This document shows, in pieces, positions 25,400 through 39,600 of a stretch of DNA of 43,662 bases; the stretch's first letter is position 1; the number at the start of each line of letters is the position of its first letter. The translations under genes and the position numbers were made by a program. Source of the DNA: Rotaria socialis (taxonomy: Eukaryota); the NCBI GenBank assembly GCA_905331295.1, contig CAJNYD010000435.1, positions 1 to 43,662 on the forward strand, in the 5' to 3' direction. The notes beneath the pieces are model-generated. The model made no database searches. It was not told the DNA's origin and was given only the letters and a program-made list of their open reading frames with translations.

Positions 25400-26682
25400 A
25401 TTGCTGCTGTGTATCTCGCACCTCCCGTGGCATCTCTGGCATGTCCAATTTGTCGGATATATGATACTGCGGCCCGGAATTGTGTTGGAAGTGATAAACG
25501 GAATTGCGAGAATTAGATGGAATTGGTTCCGGAATGTTCAACATTGCGGAATAGGATGTATTCTCATAATTTAAGCATTCATACTCTTACATCTCCATCG
25601 CTCCATTCGTCATTCAGATATTCAAATGACATTTGAAAATATTGGTTCAAATATGTGGGTGTGGGTACCCATGTAAACACGAAACGCAGAATCGATGCGT
25701 TGAAACGCGTAAAACGGTTTTATAATGCGTTCCAATGAGTTTTCAGTATGAAACGCATTGAGACGCAATTAGAAAATTTTTGAAATGCACCTGAACGCAG
25801 TTTTTTAACACAACGCATTTAAACGTAATTTGAAATCAATATTAACCGCGTCTCATTGCGTTTCATATTGAAATCGCGTTTATACGCAGTTAGTCAAATT
25901 CGACTGAACGCGTTCAAACGCAGTGNTGTTCGATCAGATCAGCTCTTTTAGAACGAGCTGTTCAAATCAATCAGCTCCTACCGAAAGAACGTTCGAACAG
26001 CTTTTTCGCTCAGCTCAGCTGAACTTTTGAGCTGGAGCTGATGCACCACTACAATAAAGTAGCCGGCTTTCTTTCGAGGACTGCATCAAAAGTCTGCATG
26101 ATTGATGTCTATATTGAACCCATTTCTCGAAAAAAGAAATCTTCACCTGGCGCAGTACTTACTCAAAGAACTGCTGGCGTAATTCTCAAGATCGGAACTG
26201 ATATAAAGCTGTCGTAAGTCTATACATGGCAGAATCGAAGTCCCAGTTCTTCAATGATGAATTACCATCTCTACGAGGTTTTATATACGCATTCATTTTG
26301 AAAGGTATTCTTATCAATTAGAAGTGTTTTTCTGATGTTATCATTCCCACTCAGGTTGATATAACCATAAGTCAACATGAAACTCCCAGACACACACGAC
26401 CCTCAAAAAAACGCGTAAAACGCGTTAGAAATTCGTAAAAGCGGTTTTTTACGCATCCTTAAGAATAAAACGCCGTTTTCACGAACCCTTCATCCGTTTT
26501 CCACCGTATATTTATCGATGAATTTTTTCACACTAAGAAAATCTTCGTTAATTTGCGTTGCTTCATGCCATTTTACGTTGAAAAATGGATTCAATTATGA
26601 ACACCTTTTTGTTGAGTTAGAAAACCTTTCGTTTTTCGATGTAATTCAAATAAATTCAATTCGTATTAACCCGTTCAATCAT

Positions 26683-28048
26683 GTAGCAATTTAAATTGAA
26701 ACATAAAATAGAAACATTTAATTCAGAGAAATTTTATCAAGAGAAAAAATTTATTGAAAAACAAATTTGACAAAAAAAATACACAATTACAAGAAAACAA
26801 ATACAAAAATATTTACAACGACATATTTACAGCTAGTCCTTTCAAATAGTCACCAAGATCAACATTTCCATAATCATCGACCAGTCGTTTGATTCTTTCG
26901 TCAAGTTTTCGATATTTGAGTTTCTTCGGCTTTGGTTCTTGTCCTTGACGAATTTGTGCGATGTCGACTTCGAATTTGGATTGTTCACGACGAATCTTCT
27001 CGGTTAATTTTGTAATAGTTGGATGTACTATTGTCACACGTTTCGCGAATGCATTGTGTCATCCTTCAATTGAATTATTTGAGCGTGGAAGATTGGCAAC
27101 TGCTCGATCTATTGGAAATAGCGTTTTCTTTTGACCAGTACCTAAAATCGAAATTGAATATTAAAAAATGATTAGTCAATCAATTTACCTCTCTTCTTGG
27201 GCTCTCCTATCCATGTTTTTTCAAAATAACCAAGAAAATCGTCGGCTTCATCTTCGAAATCGTCGGCAATCAGATTAAACGCTTTGATGACATCTAAAAC
27301 AGGAACAAAAGCTAAGGCAATTATTTTTTTAATGTTCAAATGGAACGACTCATCCTCTTGGTATTTCTTTTGTAATCCAAGACTTTGAATTTGACGCCAA
27401 ATACTGACCAAAATGAAACAAACAGCCTAAAAAAAACAATTAATACATAATTAGATGATTATTGTGAAGCAATTAGTCACACTACCTTTGTGAAGAATGT
27501 TTGGAAACAATGAATTGACCGATTTTTATTGTCGCCGCTTCGAAATCGCTCAGTATTGTTTCTGGATTGAAATCATCTCCGTCCATGATACGTTGAAAAA
27601 AATGATCGTAGTCCGTTGTTTTTTTTCCTACGAGTAAGCCATAAACCAATGGAATAATTTGTGATTTGAACAATCCATGTAACGTAAACATTTGATAGAA
27701 ATATTCTGGATAAACCTAAAATAGACTTTTAAAGAGTGAATTGAAAGTCTTTGCTTTTATTTTACCTTAAATGTTCCATCGACAAATCAATGTTTACACG
27801 TTTTCAATACTGAAAGATTCGTCGCGGTGGTAAAAATGATCAATTTTTCATCTTCGTGAAGTACGAAGTTCTCTCCACGATCTGTTTGTTTTAAATGATC
27901 AGGCAGTTGATTGTTGGAATTCATTGGTGGCCCTTGAAGTTGTCGACGAATAGTTCTCAAAAGTGTTTCACTTTGAGGTAGTTGACCGGCGACATCTAAA
28001 GGAAAAGATCTCATTGCAGAATGTAAAATTGTGCTTGATGATTCTTGA
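26683..28048 (-). pseudogene. Second, 5'-truncated MULE transposase copy in inverted orientation
   Basis: Highly similar to copy 1 including introns and 3' flank. CDS remnant 28048-26813 with TGG>TGA (KH*FVDGTF), a frameshift near 27520 and deletions. Confidence 0.88.
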
Positions 28049-28624
28049 TACGTGGACTGGTGAACAGTGAATAAGCGTTCGTTTCTAAAACTTAGGCAAT
28101 GCAACACACTTATGCATTATATTACACACACGCGTTCTGCGTATAAAACCTGACTTAAATATAACGCATTTTCAATTTTATGATGAAAAGAAATACATAT
28201 ATTGGGTTTTTATTTATTTTTGTATAAAAGAGTCATCATGATTGAGGCTACGCCAATCGCAACGTGTCTTGAAGAAGGATAAACTCTCAGAAAAAATATC
28301 AATGTGTGTGACAGTTTCATTCTTTTTCACATCGTTGAATTTTTTCGCGAGTTTAATATAAATCTCTACGGATAATCTTCGATTTAATTTTTATACTATA
28401 ACTTTTCAAACAATTAAATTTTGATTATTCTCTCATCGAATAAAACAGTTTACCAACACCAACAAGAGATGTGTTCACTAGAGCCCGTCGGGTCCAATAA
28501 TTTTTCAATTCGGACCCGGAAAAAAGAAATACGTGTGGTTTCATCATTTTTAAAGATATTGCACTGTTCCAACATGTATCTTGTAGAGAAATGATTCCTC
28601 TATCAGCTCATGTATTTAGAAACA

Positions 28625-28852
28625 TCACAGGTCGAGCTATCCCAGATTCGGATCCTGTCGGATCCTATCGGGAATCCCAAATGATCCAATACTTTCCGAT
28701 AGGAATCCGACAACTTCCGACAGGATACTGTCGGAAGTTGTTGGATTCCTTGGCACAGGATTCCGACAGGAAGTTGCTGGGTGTTGGATCCGACGATTTC
28801 CAATAGTCTGATCCGACAGTCGGAATATATAGGAAACGACAAGATCCAGCAG
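28625..28852. mobile_element. GGATCC/CCGACA-repeat MITE remnant
   Basis: Starts CACAGGTCGA, with repeated ATCCGACA/TGTCGGA motifs as at 33914-34060. Confidence 0.45.
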
Positions 28853-29189
28853 GTTTTTTTTATTTGAGTTATCAATATCAGTATTGCTCTTAGGATAAGT
28901 CTTTGAGTCGAGAGATTTTTATTTCTCAAATTATAAATCACAAATTGGTATGATGCTAAAGATGTTACTGTTTCTTCACCGCTTGCGGTTCATTTGCTTT
29001 TATTCATTTAGAACATCCGTTCATTTTCACAAAAAAATAATACAGAAAGTCAAATACAAAATATAAATGTAAATCATTGAAAGAGAACTTTTCACTTAAA
29101 AAAAGAGAAACTTACAATGCAAAAGACAAATGCATAATTGCCACATATATGTATATTCGACGAAGCCCAATGAAGAAAATAAATTATGA

Positions 29190-31553
29190 TCTGGAGATGA
29201 TGATTGTGATGAGATTCTGTTGATTGTCTCTTGCATTCATCGGATGAAAACTCAGCTAAATTCGGTCGAACCAATTTGTTGTAAAAATCGTCATAGTAAT
29301 GTTCAACAATAAAATATTTATCACGCATAACTTCTAAAAAAATCAGATTTGATAAAATGAAAATCTTGAGAAATTTCTATAATCAAGATATGCAAGCAAC
29401 AATAAAAAAACAATAAATATTTCACATAATCGGATCTCATTTAAAAATTCTTGTAGTAGCAGCGATCTATCATTTCCCTATTCCGAGGTTTTTTGAAAAT
29501 AAAAAACAAGTTAGTTTTCAAAATCAGTTTCATAAATACTCTTAACTATGTCATTTTGACCTTGTTAATTGTTCAGTCGGCGAATTCTGAATTTCAGAAA
29601 GAAACTAATTGTGCTGTATTGTGATGTAATAACGAAGGACAAATTGTTAGGGCTTCTCGAGTTTAGTTTCAGGATTTTAAAGAAACGAAATGAAAAATAC
29701 GTACCATGAAAATTTTCAAATGTGACGATGTTTAATGGTTATTGAAAATATTGAGTATCACCAGGAGGTAAAATTGAAACTAATAATTATTCACGCGCAA
29801 AAAGACAACGAAGTGCTTGTCCAGCATAATCACTGATATTTTTTCCTCGAATATGAAGCAAATTAATGTTATCATGCATCTAAACAGTATTACAAGTATA
29901 TAAAACAGTAAATAGAGATAGAAACGGACGACATCATCGCGCTCTTGATTATTCCCTAGTTCATGAAAAGCTGAAAGTTCAATCTAAACAAAAAACAAAT
30001 ATATGAAATAATTGATCAGAAGTATTTGATAAAATTATTCTATCAATACTATGTTAACGGTCAATTTATTTTTGATAATTCGCTAAATTTCTTTTCGTTT
30101 TCTCGTCGAACTGAATAGAGTATTTATATGTTGAATAATATTAGATGCTACAAAAGAACACTTAGCATCAATTTTTCTATAATAAAACTCACATTTTCAA
30201 ACTTGATAAAGTTGCTTATTATTTTCGTCATCGTTCAAAATATCATTAGGTAACGCTAAATAGAGATAATATTCTTTTCATGAATATTAAAACCAATAAA
30301 TTATTAATGATCGTCAAATCAATAAGAATTGTGAAAAGTTAGGAAAGCGTTTGATAATGCATCACTTCAGATTCTCATTAAAAATAAGCTTTGAAAACAT
30401 ACCTTGAATTTCTTTTTCGAAATTATTGCGTTTTGTTCATTAGATAATGTGGATAAATGACTATTGATTGTTATACATGATTCAACTAAAGTATGTTTTC
30501 TTTGTGTGGTGCAAATAGTTTTGATGCTAAAGAGAGAGATAAACATTGACTGAAGCAATTGAGAATTGTCAAAAATTAATAAGAACACTTACATTTTTAA
30601 TCAACTACGCCAATTTTTTCTTATTAATTTTCAGATGATGAAAATGAATAATTTCTCTCATGCTAGATTGTTTGTGTAATTCATTACTATTGTTTAATAC
30701 GTTTTCTTTTTCATCCAATATAAACCAGAAAAAAATACCATAACTATACATCATTTACCGTCACTACAAAGCACCAAAAAAAGTTAAGCAAGCATCCACT
30801 TTTGTAAACAGATTTTCTTTTTAAACACGCAAAAGATATTTATTTACTTGAAAAGCAAGCAATAATTTCTGTTGGTTCTTCATCATATTCATTTAAATGT
30901 ACATCTTCTTCAATATTAGAATCATATTGTGAATCAAGGCTTAACATGATTATTCTTCGAGTTTGGCAAAAACGTTGTGCATGCGACCTTTCAACTTCTG
31001 AATTTCTTCTTTATTTGCTCACACGTGTCGACTCTTCACGTGTACCTAGAGAAAAAAGCAAAATAAATCTCTATCGATTTAGATATCGATCATAAATTTC
31101 AAATTTATAGAAAAAAACATTTTTAAATTGATGCTATCTGTTTATCAAGTCAGAAGTTACAGATTAGACAAGATAAAAAGAACTTTTTTCTTTCAAAGCA
31201 AGTATTAGTTATAGGGCTTCGAATTTACTCATTTCAACTTCAATTTTTGATAACTTTCTTACAGTAATACGAAAAAATTTATTTATTTATGAGACATCAC
31301 TTTAATCGATAGCATCAATAGACTCGGATAATCGGTAATTTCATCTAGGTTCCATAGCATCTGTTAAAATTCGAACACATTACTAAATCTCATAAAAAAT
31401 TCTGATGATAGCTGGTTCACTAAATTTATACGGTTTTTAATAGAATTCAACCAGAAACATGGTTAATAGTATAACAAATAATTTAAATTATTTTCACTCA
31501 TGAAAGATTTAACTAACCTCGATATTGAATTCTGGCTTCAGTTCGTTGACCAT
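29190..31553 (-). pseudogene. Possible decayed multi-exon gene, partly hydrophobic product
   Basis: Splice-bounded coding-like segments MVNELKPEFNIE|GT (31553-31518), AG|MLWNLDEITDYPSLLMLSIK|GT (~31360-31301), ..DSQYDSNIEEDVHLNEYDEEPTEIIACFS (~30850-31000), MRDKYFIVEHYYDDFYNKLVRP (~29260-29330). Several internal stops; family not recognised. Confidence 0.35.
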
Positions 31554-32698
31554 AAACCATGATTATATGTACAATTTTTTTCCATAATAATCAATGAATA
31601 CACATTAAATCGGAATCATAAATAATCGCAATATTGGAATAATGCGATGTTGGACAATTAAGACAAATACGTGCATCTCCAATTATATCATTATAATATA
31701 TCAAATAAATTTTTTTTTCATAAATTAACTTTTAATTGTAACATAGATAATACTGAAATCTTTGAACTTCAAGTACATGTTCATTGAACACAGGAACATC
31801 ACGTGAACACTTGTTTTGACGATGAGCCGAAAGATGAGGTAGTACTTGGAGGAAAAATTATTTCGAATTCTATATTCGATGAACGAGATCTTTCTTTTTT
31901 CTTCTTCAAACGAAGCTGATTCAGTTGATTTGGCAATGCAATAGCATCTTGTTTGACCAATATCACTCGGAAGAAATAATATATATATATAAATCATAAG
32001 GAAGAATATATTTTTTAGATCAGCATCTAGCCAGTGCAATTAACATATAGTATAGTTGAATTCTAAAAATATGTTAAATTTAATGAAAACTAAAGTGCTA
32101 TTTCGTCAATTTTTCATGTTAATATTATTTACGCTCTAACATGTACTTTTGAATTTTAAAGAGCCACTCAAAGTGAAAAAAATTGCTTATATGAAAGTAA
32201 CTTACCATATTCAATAAAATAGAGAGACAATTGTACAAATAAGCCAGATGCTTTGTCACAATTTTGGCAAAAATTTGAGTCTAAAATAGATAACATCGTG
32301 AGTACACGTAATGAGCAAAAAAGCAACTTACGCAAGAAACATAATGAACCCATGATTTCGTACTAAAATAGACCGATTACAAAATCCAACAATCTGAAAT
32401 GAATAAAAGTGTAGTCATTTTTTTAAAGAAAAAAATGTGGGAAAATCAGTAATTTAACAATAAGCACGAATTGATTTGTATTAATATCTGTGAAGAGTTG
32501 ATGATATAAACTGTATTCATAAAGGACGTCTGATCTTCCTAAATTTTGAAATCATGTAAATCGATTGAATAGCATACATATTCTTTTGTCCACTTTGACT
32601 ATTATTCATATAATTATCCAACAGAAAACATTGTTAACAGATGTCGTGTCGACCATTAAAGTTTATTTTTTCTAGTAAGAAGCATATATGCAGATATA

Positions 32699-32805
32699 TA
32701 TATATATAATATCTCCCATAGGCTTATCGCCAGTTGGGGCCGGCGCTAAAGGGTCCACAAGCAGCCAGGTTCTATCGTGTTTTCTCTTTTACAGACGACG
32801 GTATC
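32699..32805 (-). mobile_element. Short retroposed insertion with 14-bp TSD and (TA)n tail
   Basis: Direct repeat TATATGCAGATATA at 32685-32698 and 32806-32819 flanks a GC-richer 107-bp insert with a TA run at one end. Confidence 0.6.
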
Positions 32806-33231
32806 TATATGCAGATATAACTTTGTAAAATTCGATTCAACCGTGATCTTGAAAAATAAAAATAAAATACTCCTGAATCAGGAATGCTGCCTTAAATGAA
32901 TTTCTATTAGAAACACAAATGAAAACCAATTTTCACTATGAAATTGTCGAAAAAAAATTGTTTTTGTAAGTCATTCATTAAAATCTACCTTTTTATCACA
33001 CTAATGTAATTACTTTGATTTTTAATAAAAATTACACAAATAAGTTAATTAAAAAAATATTCATTTTTATCATTCAATTATCGAAATACCATTTCTTAAT
33101 ATTTCAATAATTGAGCAATTTTTAATTAAAGAGTCAAGAAAATTTCGGTAACTCTAAAATTTATCGGATTCTGTTGGATCCAGTAATTTCCTGGCTATCG
33201 GATCACAATGGATCCTGTTAAAGGAATCCTG

Positions 33232-33913
33232 CCCTAGTGAAACATCTTGTAAGTAAGATCTTGGCCAAGATCTTGGGTACAGATAAGTGAACAGATCTTG
33301 AAAATTTAGGTACAATTTAATACAGTTATCTTGTACCCAAGATCTTATTACAGATCTTAAGTAAGAATTCATAACATCTTGAATGATGCATTCTGAAAGT
33401 ATGTTTGGTATTTTTTCAATATATTTTAATATTAACTATTCCTGTCCCGAATAGTTCAAGCAAATCAGATGTTGAGATCTGACCGGCTTAAAGTTGGTCC
33501 GATATTCGCCAGACCAATTTAGGTAAGTCCTCTCTCGACCATCGATCGAGATCAGCATCCTCTCGATTAATCAATAGTCGAGAAATAATTTAGAAAAAAA
33601 CGTAATTTGTAAAGTTATGTTTTTGCATGTTCAATCATGTTGCTTATATTCTGTTCTGTATGCATAAAAAAACGGTGAATGACTAGATAGCCTATCTAAA
33701 TAAACTAATGATGTCGCTTTCTGTCTTACTCAAGATCTTGTGAGAAGATAATAGTAAAAGAAATCGTTGCCATGATCTTGCTAAGATCTTTGGTACAGAT
33801 TTATCAGATAGGACAAGATCTGAACAAACGAATTATCTTTTAAAGATCTTGATAAGATCTTACCTACCAATCCCAAGATTTCAAGATCTTACTTACAAGA
33901 TGTTTCACTAGGG
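33232..33913. mobile_element. CCC...GGG-ended (EnSpm/CMC-like) MITE with perfect 32-bp TIR, nested in an older MITE
   Basis: CCCTAGTGAAACATCTTGTAAGTAAGATCTTG and its exact reverse complement, TG on both flanks, AGATCTT subterminal repeats. It splits a GGATCC-repeat element (33155-33231 / 33914-34060). Confidence 0.85.
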
Positions 33914-34673
33914 TGGGGTATCCGATTGTCGGAAATTATCGAAAATAAATGGATTAAATAGGATTCCGACTGTCGGATCCGACCGGCCGCCGACCGTCGG
34001 ATATTGTCGGATTTTATTAGGTACCAATAGGATCCTATTGGGGAACTTCGACCTGGGATGGGTTTGTTCAAGATATTCTGTAAATTTGATTATATCCCGC
34101 GATGAGAAACATCTAATATTCAAATGAGATCAACATATATTACATTGACGATGTTCACGTGACATTTAACATAGTTGTTGTAAAATAAGATTACATAGTC
34201 AACAAATATATGATCCATTGATAGTTTTTCTGTTTTTTTGCGTCAAAATCAAACATAATTGAATAACACATTGTAATTTCAACTACGTAGTAACATAACT
34301 TCTGCTTTTTATTTGTATTCTTTTCAATTTTGTTTTCATCAACAGAACATAAGTTTTGAGCTAAACATATAGAATTTCATGGAACAGTCTGTTCAATTTT
34401 ATTAGCCCGAAAGAGAAGTAGAGAGGTGATATTTATTTTATGATAAATAATCTTATGTGTTCAACTTGGTCGTTCATTGTATATAGCTACAAATCAGAAG
34501 TGAATAGCAATGAAGTGAAACTGAGCACTTTATGATTCACTGATCCTGTCGTAGTGTAGACTAAGAAGAAATATAATTGGAAATGGTAAAATAATTTAAA
34601 ATGTTTTGCCTGCAGTGATAATAAAAGGGTATGGGTGTGGGTGTGATTCTTCTGCTAATGTATACCTAGACCC

Positions 34674-35872
34674 TATGATCCTGCCGACATATTCAATTAC
34701 GATGAAACTGAACTTTTTTACAAGATGATGCTTGATCGATCGTTAAATGTAGACAAAAATTATTGTAAAGGAGGGATAAATCAAAGGAACGCTATACCGT
34801 GATGTTGTGCACCAATTGGGCCGGAAATGAAAAGTTGAAACCAGTTGTCATTGGTACGTTAGTCATCACCCATTTTTATTTTATAGTGGCTCTCTTTTTA
34901 TTCATGCTGCAGCTAAATCAGCCCGGCCCAGATGTTTAAGAAATATTGACTTGAAGAAGTTGCCAGTCTTATGGTACAGTAATCGTAGCTCGTGGATGAC
35001 TTGTTAACTTTTTACTGAATGGTTGCAAGATTCTGATTTGATTATGCGGAAACAAAAAAGACACATTCTACTCTTCCTTGACAATGCACCAGTTCATCCT
35101 CCAGATGTACAATTAGAAAAACAGCAAAGATTCAACCGATGGATCCAGGAGCTTTTCGAGCATTCAAAGTTTATTACCGATGTCATCTAGTCAAGCATAT
35201 AATCACCAGTGCTGGTGTTGTCGTGACGGCCGACGATATTATTATCAGTGCTTTAGATGTTGTCGATTGGATTCAAGGCGCATGTAAAGCAGTGTCAGAA
35301 ACAACAATAAGGAACACATTCAAATCAGCCGGTTTTGAAAAGCTGTCTGTTATCGATGGAATCGATACATTACGACAAATTTCAATAACAGATGAAATTA
35401 TTTCTGCAGAAGATAAATCAATTGAAGAATTAGATCGAGTATTGAGACATTCAACCATCGGTGGAAAACCAATGTCTGACTATGATATTACGTGGTGAGA
35501 TGCGGGAGAGAAATTTTGAAAAATATTTTGCTTTTTTACGTTTCAGTGTTTCAGAGTACTGATGATAATGCTCCATCATTTAACGAATGGAATGATTCGA
35601 ATGATAAATTATTAGTAATTAACGGAATTATCAATGATGATGGGGATAGCAATGAAGATCAACTGAATGACGATGTTCCAAGTGAAGATCCACCTTCCTT
35701 ATCTGAATTTTTAGACCTAATTCGTCGTCTGCGCTTTTTCTCGACAATGCAACAACCAGAATTACATTCGTTCATTATTGAATTATAGTCTAAACCAACT
35801 GATGCACTCCTCGATTCTACTTTATCAAAACAAAGACCTATTCTCGATTATTTCAAATATGTATCTGTTTAA
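34674..35872 (+). pseudogene. pogo/Tigger-family (DDE_1) transposase remnant, 5'-truncated
   Basis: DIFNYDETELFY..KERYTVMLCTNWAGNEKLKPVVI, WYSNRSSWMT, ILLFLDNAPVH, IQPMDPG..AFKVYYR, and C-terminal KQRPILDYF (PIP-box-like, as in pogo transposases). Contains stops and a deletion. Confidence 0.85.
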
Positions 35873-35953
35873 TCTTATGGGTTTCTTGTGAAATAATTCT
35901 TTTTTATATAAATAAATTACAACAGTTCATCACCCAGGCGAATGAATCCTATG

Positions 35954-36671
35954 NNNNNNNNNNNNNNNNNNNNNNNNNNNNNNNNNNNNNNNNNNNNNNN
36001 NNNNNNNNNNNNNNNNNNNNNNNNNNNNNNNNNNNNNNNNNNNNNNNNNNNNNNNNNNNNNNNNNNNNNNNNNNNNNNNNNNNNNNNNNNNNNNNNNNNN
36101 NNNNNNNNNNNNNNNNNNNNNNNNNNNNNNNNNNNNNNNNNNNNNNNNNNNNNNNNNNNNNNNNNNNNNNNNNNNNNNNNNNNNNNNNNNNNNNNNNNNN
36201 NNNNNNNNNNNNNNNNNNNNNNNNNNNNNNNNNNNNNNNNNNNNNNNNNNNNNNNNNNNNNNNNNNNNNNNNNNNNNNNNNNNNNNNNNNNNNNNNNNNN
36301 NNNNNNNNNNNNNNNNNNNNNNNNNNNNNNNNNNNNNNNNNNNNNNNNNNNNNNNNNNNNNNNNNNNNNNNNNNNNNNNNNNNNNNNNNNNNNNNNNNNN
36401 NNNNNNNNNNNNNNNNNNNNNNNNNNNNNNNNNNNNNNNNNNNNNNNNNNNNNNNNNNNNNNNNNNNNNNNNNNNNNNNNNNNNNNNNNNNNNNNNNNNN
36501 NNNNNNNNNNNNNNNNNNNNNNNNNNNNNNNNNNNNNNNNNNNNNNNNNNNNNNNNNNNNNNNNNNNNNNNNNNNNNNNNNNNNNNNNNNNNNNNNNNNN
36601 NNNNNNNNNNNNNNNNNNNNNNNNNNNNNNNNNNNNNNNNNNNNNNNNNNNNNNNNNNNNNNNNNNNNNNN
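35954..36671. other. Assembly gap
   Basis: Run of N. Confidence 1.
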
Positions 36672-39600
36672 TCATTCTCTTTTTCTATTGTTCATTCCTT
36701 TCCCTGGATTAGCTATTTCTTTCTCGTTCTGTTCAACCTAAACGTTATATTTCTCGACATACATGTGACTGAACATATATGTTCTTTCTCTTTTTCTACA
36801 TCAATATTATCATCATTATGTAAATGATACAAATTGCTTTCGTATACCGTCTTGTTTACTGTATAGATTTTCTCGAAAAAGACAAAATTTGATAATAGTT
36901 TCGAAAATAGTATTCTTTTCTTTATTGAGGTTCTACTTCACTATAAGTTCATGTTATTTTTACAAAAATATTTGCTTAAAGTATTCACAGACCTAATAGA
37001 ATTAGGCTTAATTCAAAGAACAACGATAAAAACAGATAATTCGAAAAAAATCGAAAATAAGCAAAACGTAATCGAAAAAAGAAGTGTTATATGTCTGAAT
37101 CAGAATTTCTAATTTGGAGGTGTCCTTTGTGTTTTCCTGTGCTACCGCTTATAAAGAATAGTTGTAGGACTTCGGTGTAGCTTTTGCCTTGACTATATGC
37201 TTCTAAACATTTCCAAAAACGTCGGAAAAGTTTGAGATGAACTTGTTGCTTCTCGAAGTTCATTCGTGACTCGTGGATTAATCTAATCATTGTATCATAT
37301 TTCTGATCGTTTTTTTTTCTCACGAATTGCTTCATGTGAGCCCAACAGCCCTCAATTGCATTAATTTCACAGTGATATTTAGGACAGAATAGAACAGATA
37401 ATTCGTACTTTCGTGCCATGTGTTCTAGTCGTGATATCTAACAGAAGAGAAATATTATACTATAGTACATCTTAAGCTACGCTAAACCATACTTTCTGAA
37501 AAGCTGGATGATTCGCAAGTAATTGACGAAGCTCATTGAGTTTTGCTGTCGGTAAAGGATTACACTTAAGTTCAATAGCTATTTGATATAAACCTTTAGA
37601 TTTTCCTCGATTATGGCCATGTTGAAAATAACATGGTAATGATTGTGTAACACCATTATCATCCACCCACTCAATCTGTTCGACAGGACAACGTGTTAAA
37701 ATTCCTTTTCCGAAATCTAATAGACTATAAGGACGAGCTGAATGCGTTCGTGCATTATCTACTATAATTTCAATTCGATGATTTTTAAAGCACTCTTTAA
37801 ATTTAATCAATTTAAATAGACGCTCAAATTGTGCTAAAATTGTCGAATTATCAAAGTAAACATCAGAACTAACATTTGCAGATGCACTAGCAGAACGCTC
37901 TATATAATTAATGTTTTCTTCTTCGTCTAAGTCGGGATATTTTTCCAAAGCTTTTTCATATTCAGCTTCACTAAGTTGAAAAAATGGTCCTGATGGATGC
38001 ATAACTAAAAAGTCCGATAACATATTAGATCTACCACGACCTTTGGAATAAAATGGTGACTGATCATTATACACCCAACGTTTTGCTGATACTTCACCGC
38101 TTCTGAACGTACTCTCATCGTGAACTGAAATGACAAAATATTCGAGATACAAAAGAATATTCAAATGAACTTAGTTCTATCTTATGATAATTTACAGATA
38201 AGAATAGTAGGTGTTCCTGATGTTGGTATCTGCCATTTAGGCTTAGCGTCTTCACTGATTAAGTAATATGAATCTTTTCTTGAAAGATAGTGTTGTAAGA
38301 ATTTAATGCGATGTTCGACTACATCTTCTCTCTCATGACCTTCGAAGTAGGGGCGTTTTGAATTGGCTTCGAAACGAGCACCCCATCTTCGAAGATCGAG
38401 ACGACACGATTGTACTGAACGAATCAATGAGTCATCAGGATTCTTATTAATTGCTGTTAACACATAAAATTTTTCATCGATAAAATTTGCTAATTCAAAT
38501 GCATCAAAATCAGCTGCTTTTGCAGCACATCGTTGAATAGCGTAATCCTTAGCTAATAATTCAATATCAGGAAATACATCGTAAAAGCTGGGAATATGTT
38601 TACCCCCACGACCTTCGCTGATAAACTCATCAAAATCACCACATAGAAATATGTTGGCCCACTTCTGAGCTGTTTTACTCGTTAATGCACCGATTCTTTT
38701 AAAGAATTCATCACATTTATCGTATGTTACACCAAAATAACGCATAGTCATGTACAATAAGACAGAAACAAATCTTAAACCTATTTTATCATTAATCAAT
38801 TCAAGTAACTCTCCAATATGATCGACATCAAATTTATCAACAAAACGAATGAATTCGACATTACCATCTGAATATTCCTTAATATCTTCTTCTGATAAAC
38901 ATTCATTTTCTAACGAATGGGATTGGTCATACCAACGTTTTCGAGCATAGGCACGTCCTTTACGACGAATTTTACTTAACTTTGGCATAATATGAAAATA
39001 TTTAATTATATATTACTAATATAGAATAACGTCCTTCTATATTAAAACAAATGTATTTTTCTTAAACGAACTTCGATAATAGGAATTATGATTCAAATAG
39101 CGCTATTTATAGACGGAACGATCTTATCTATACAGTAAACAAGACGGTATACGAAAGCAATTTGTATCATTTACATAATGATGATAATATTGATGTAGAA
39201 AAAGAGAAAGAACATATATGTTCAGTCACATGTATGTCGAGAAATATAACGTTTAGGTTGAACAGAACGAGAAAGAAATAGCTAATCCAGGGAAAGGAAT
39301 GAACAATAGAAAAAGAGAATGAATTTAACGATATAAAGAATATGTAAATAAAAATAATTAATCAATAATTTTCATTTTTATATTATTATAAAATATAGCA
39401 AAATACCAATCTTTGTAGAATTAATATACCGATAGTCAAAACAAATCCTACCTAAATTTCTTCTATTTAATTAAAAAATAATCTTTTTATGATGTTGAAA
39501 AGATTTTAGCAACTTTTAGACTTAATCTATTGAATCCTGCATCAAATCATATCGATATAAAGAAGAAAAAAAACAAAAATAAGGGAGAAAAAAATTCAGT

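Larger units (their letters stand above)
22778..26051. mobile_element. hAT-type element with perfect 8-bp TSD that contains MULE copy 1
   Basis: TSD CAATAAAG at 22770-22777 and 26052-26059. Ends TAGGGGTGCA / TGCACCACTA. ~110-bp inverted AGCTC/GAGCT-rich arms at 22778-22893 and 25925-26051. Confidence 0.85.

Noticed and set aside
35917..36712. Long ORFs in the ORF track
   Set aside because: Artefacts of translating the N gap.
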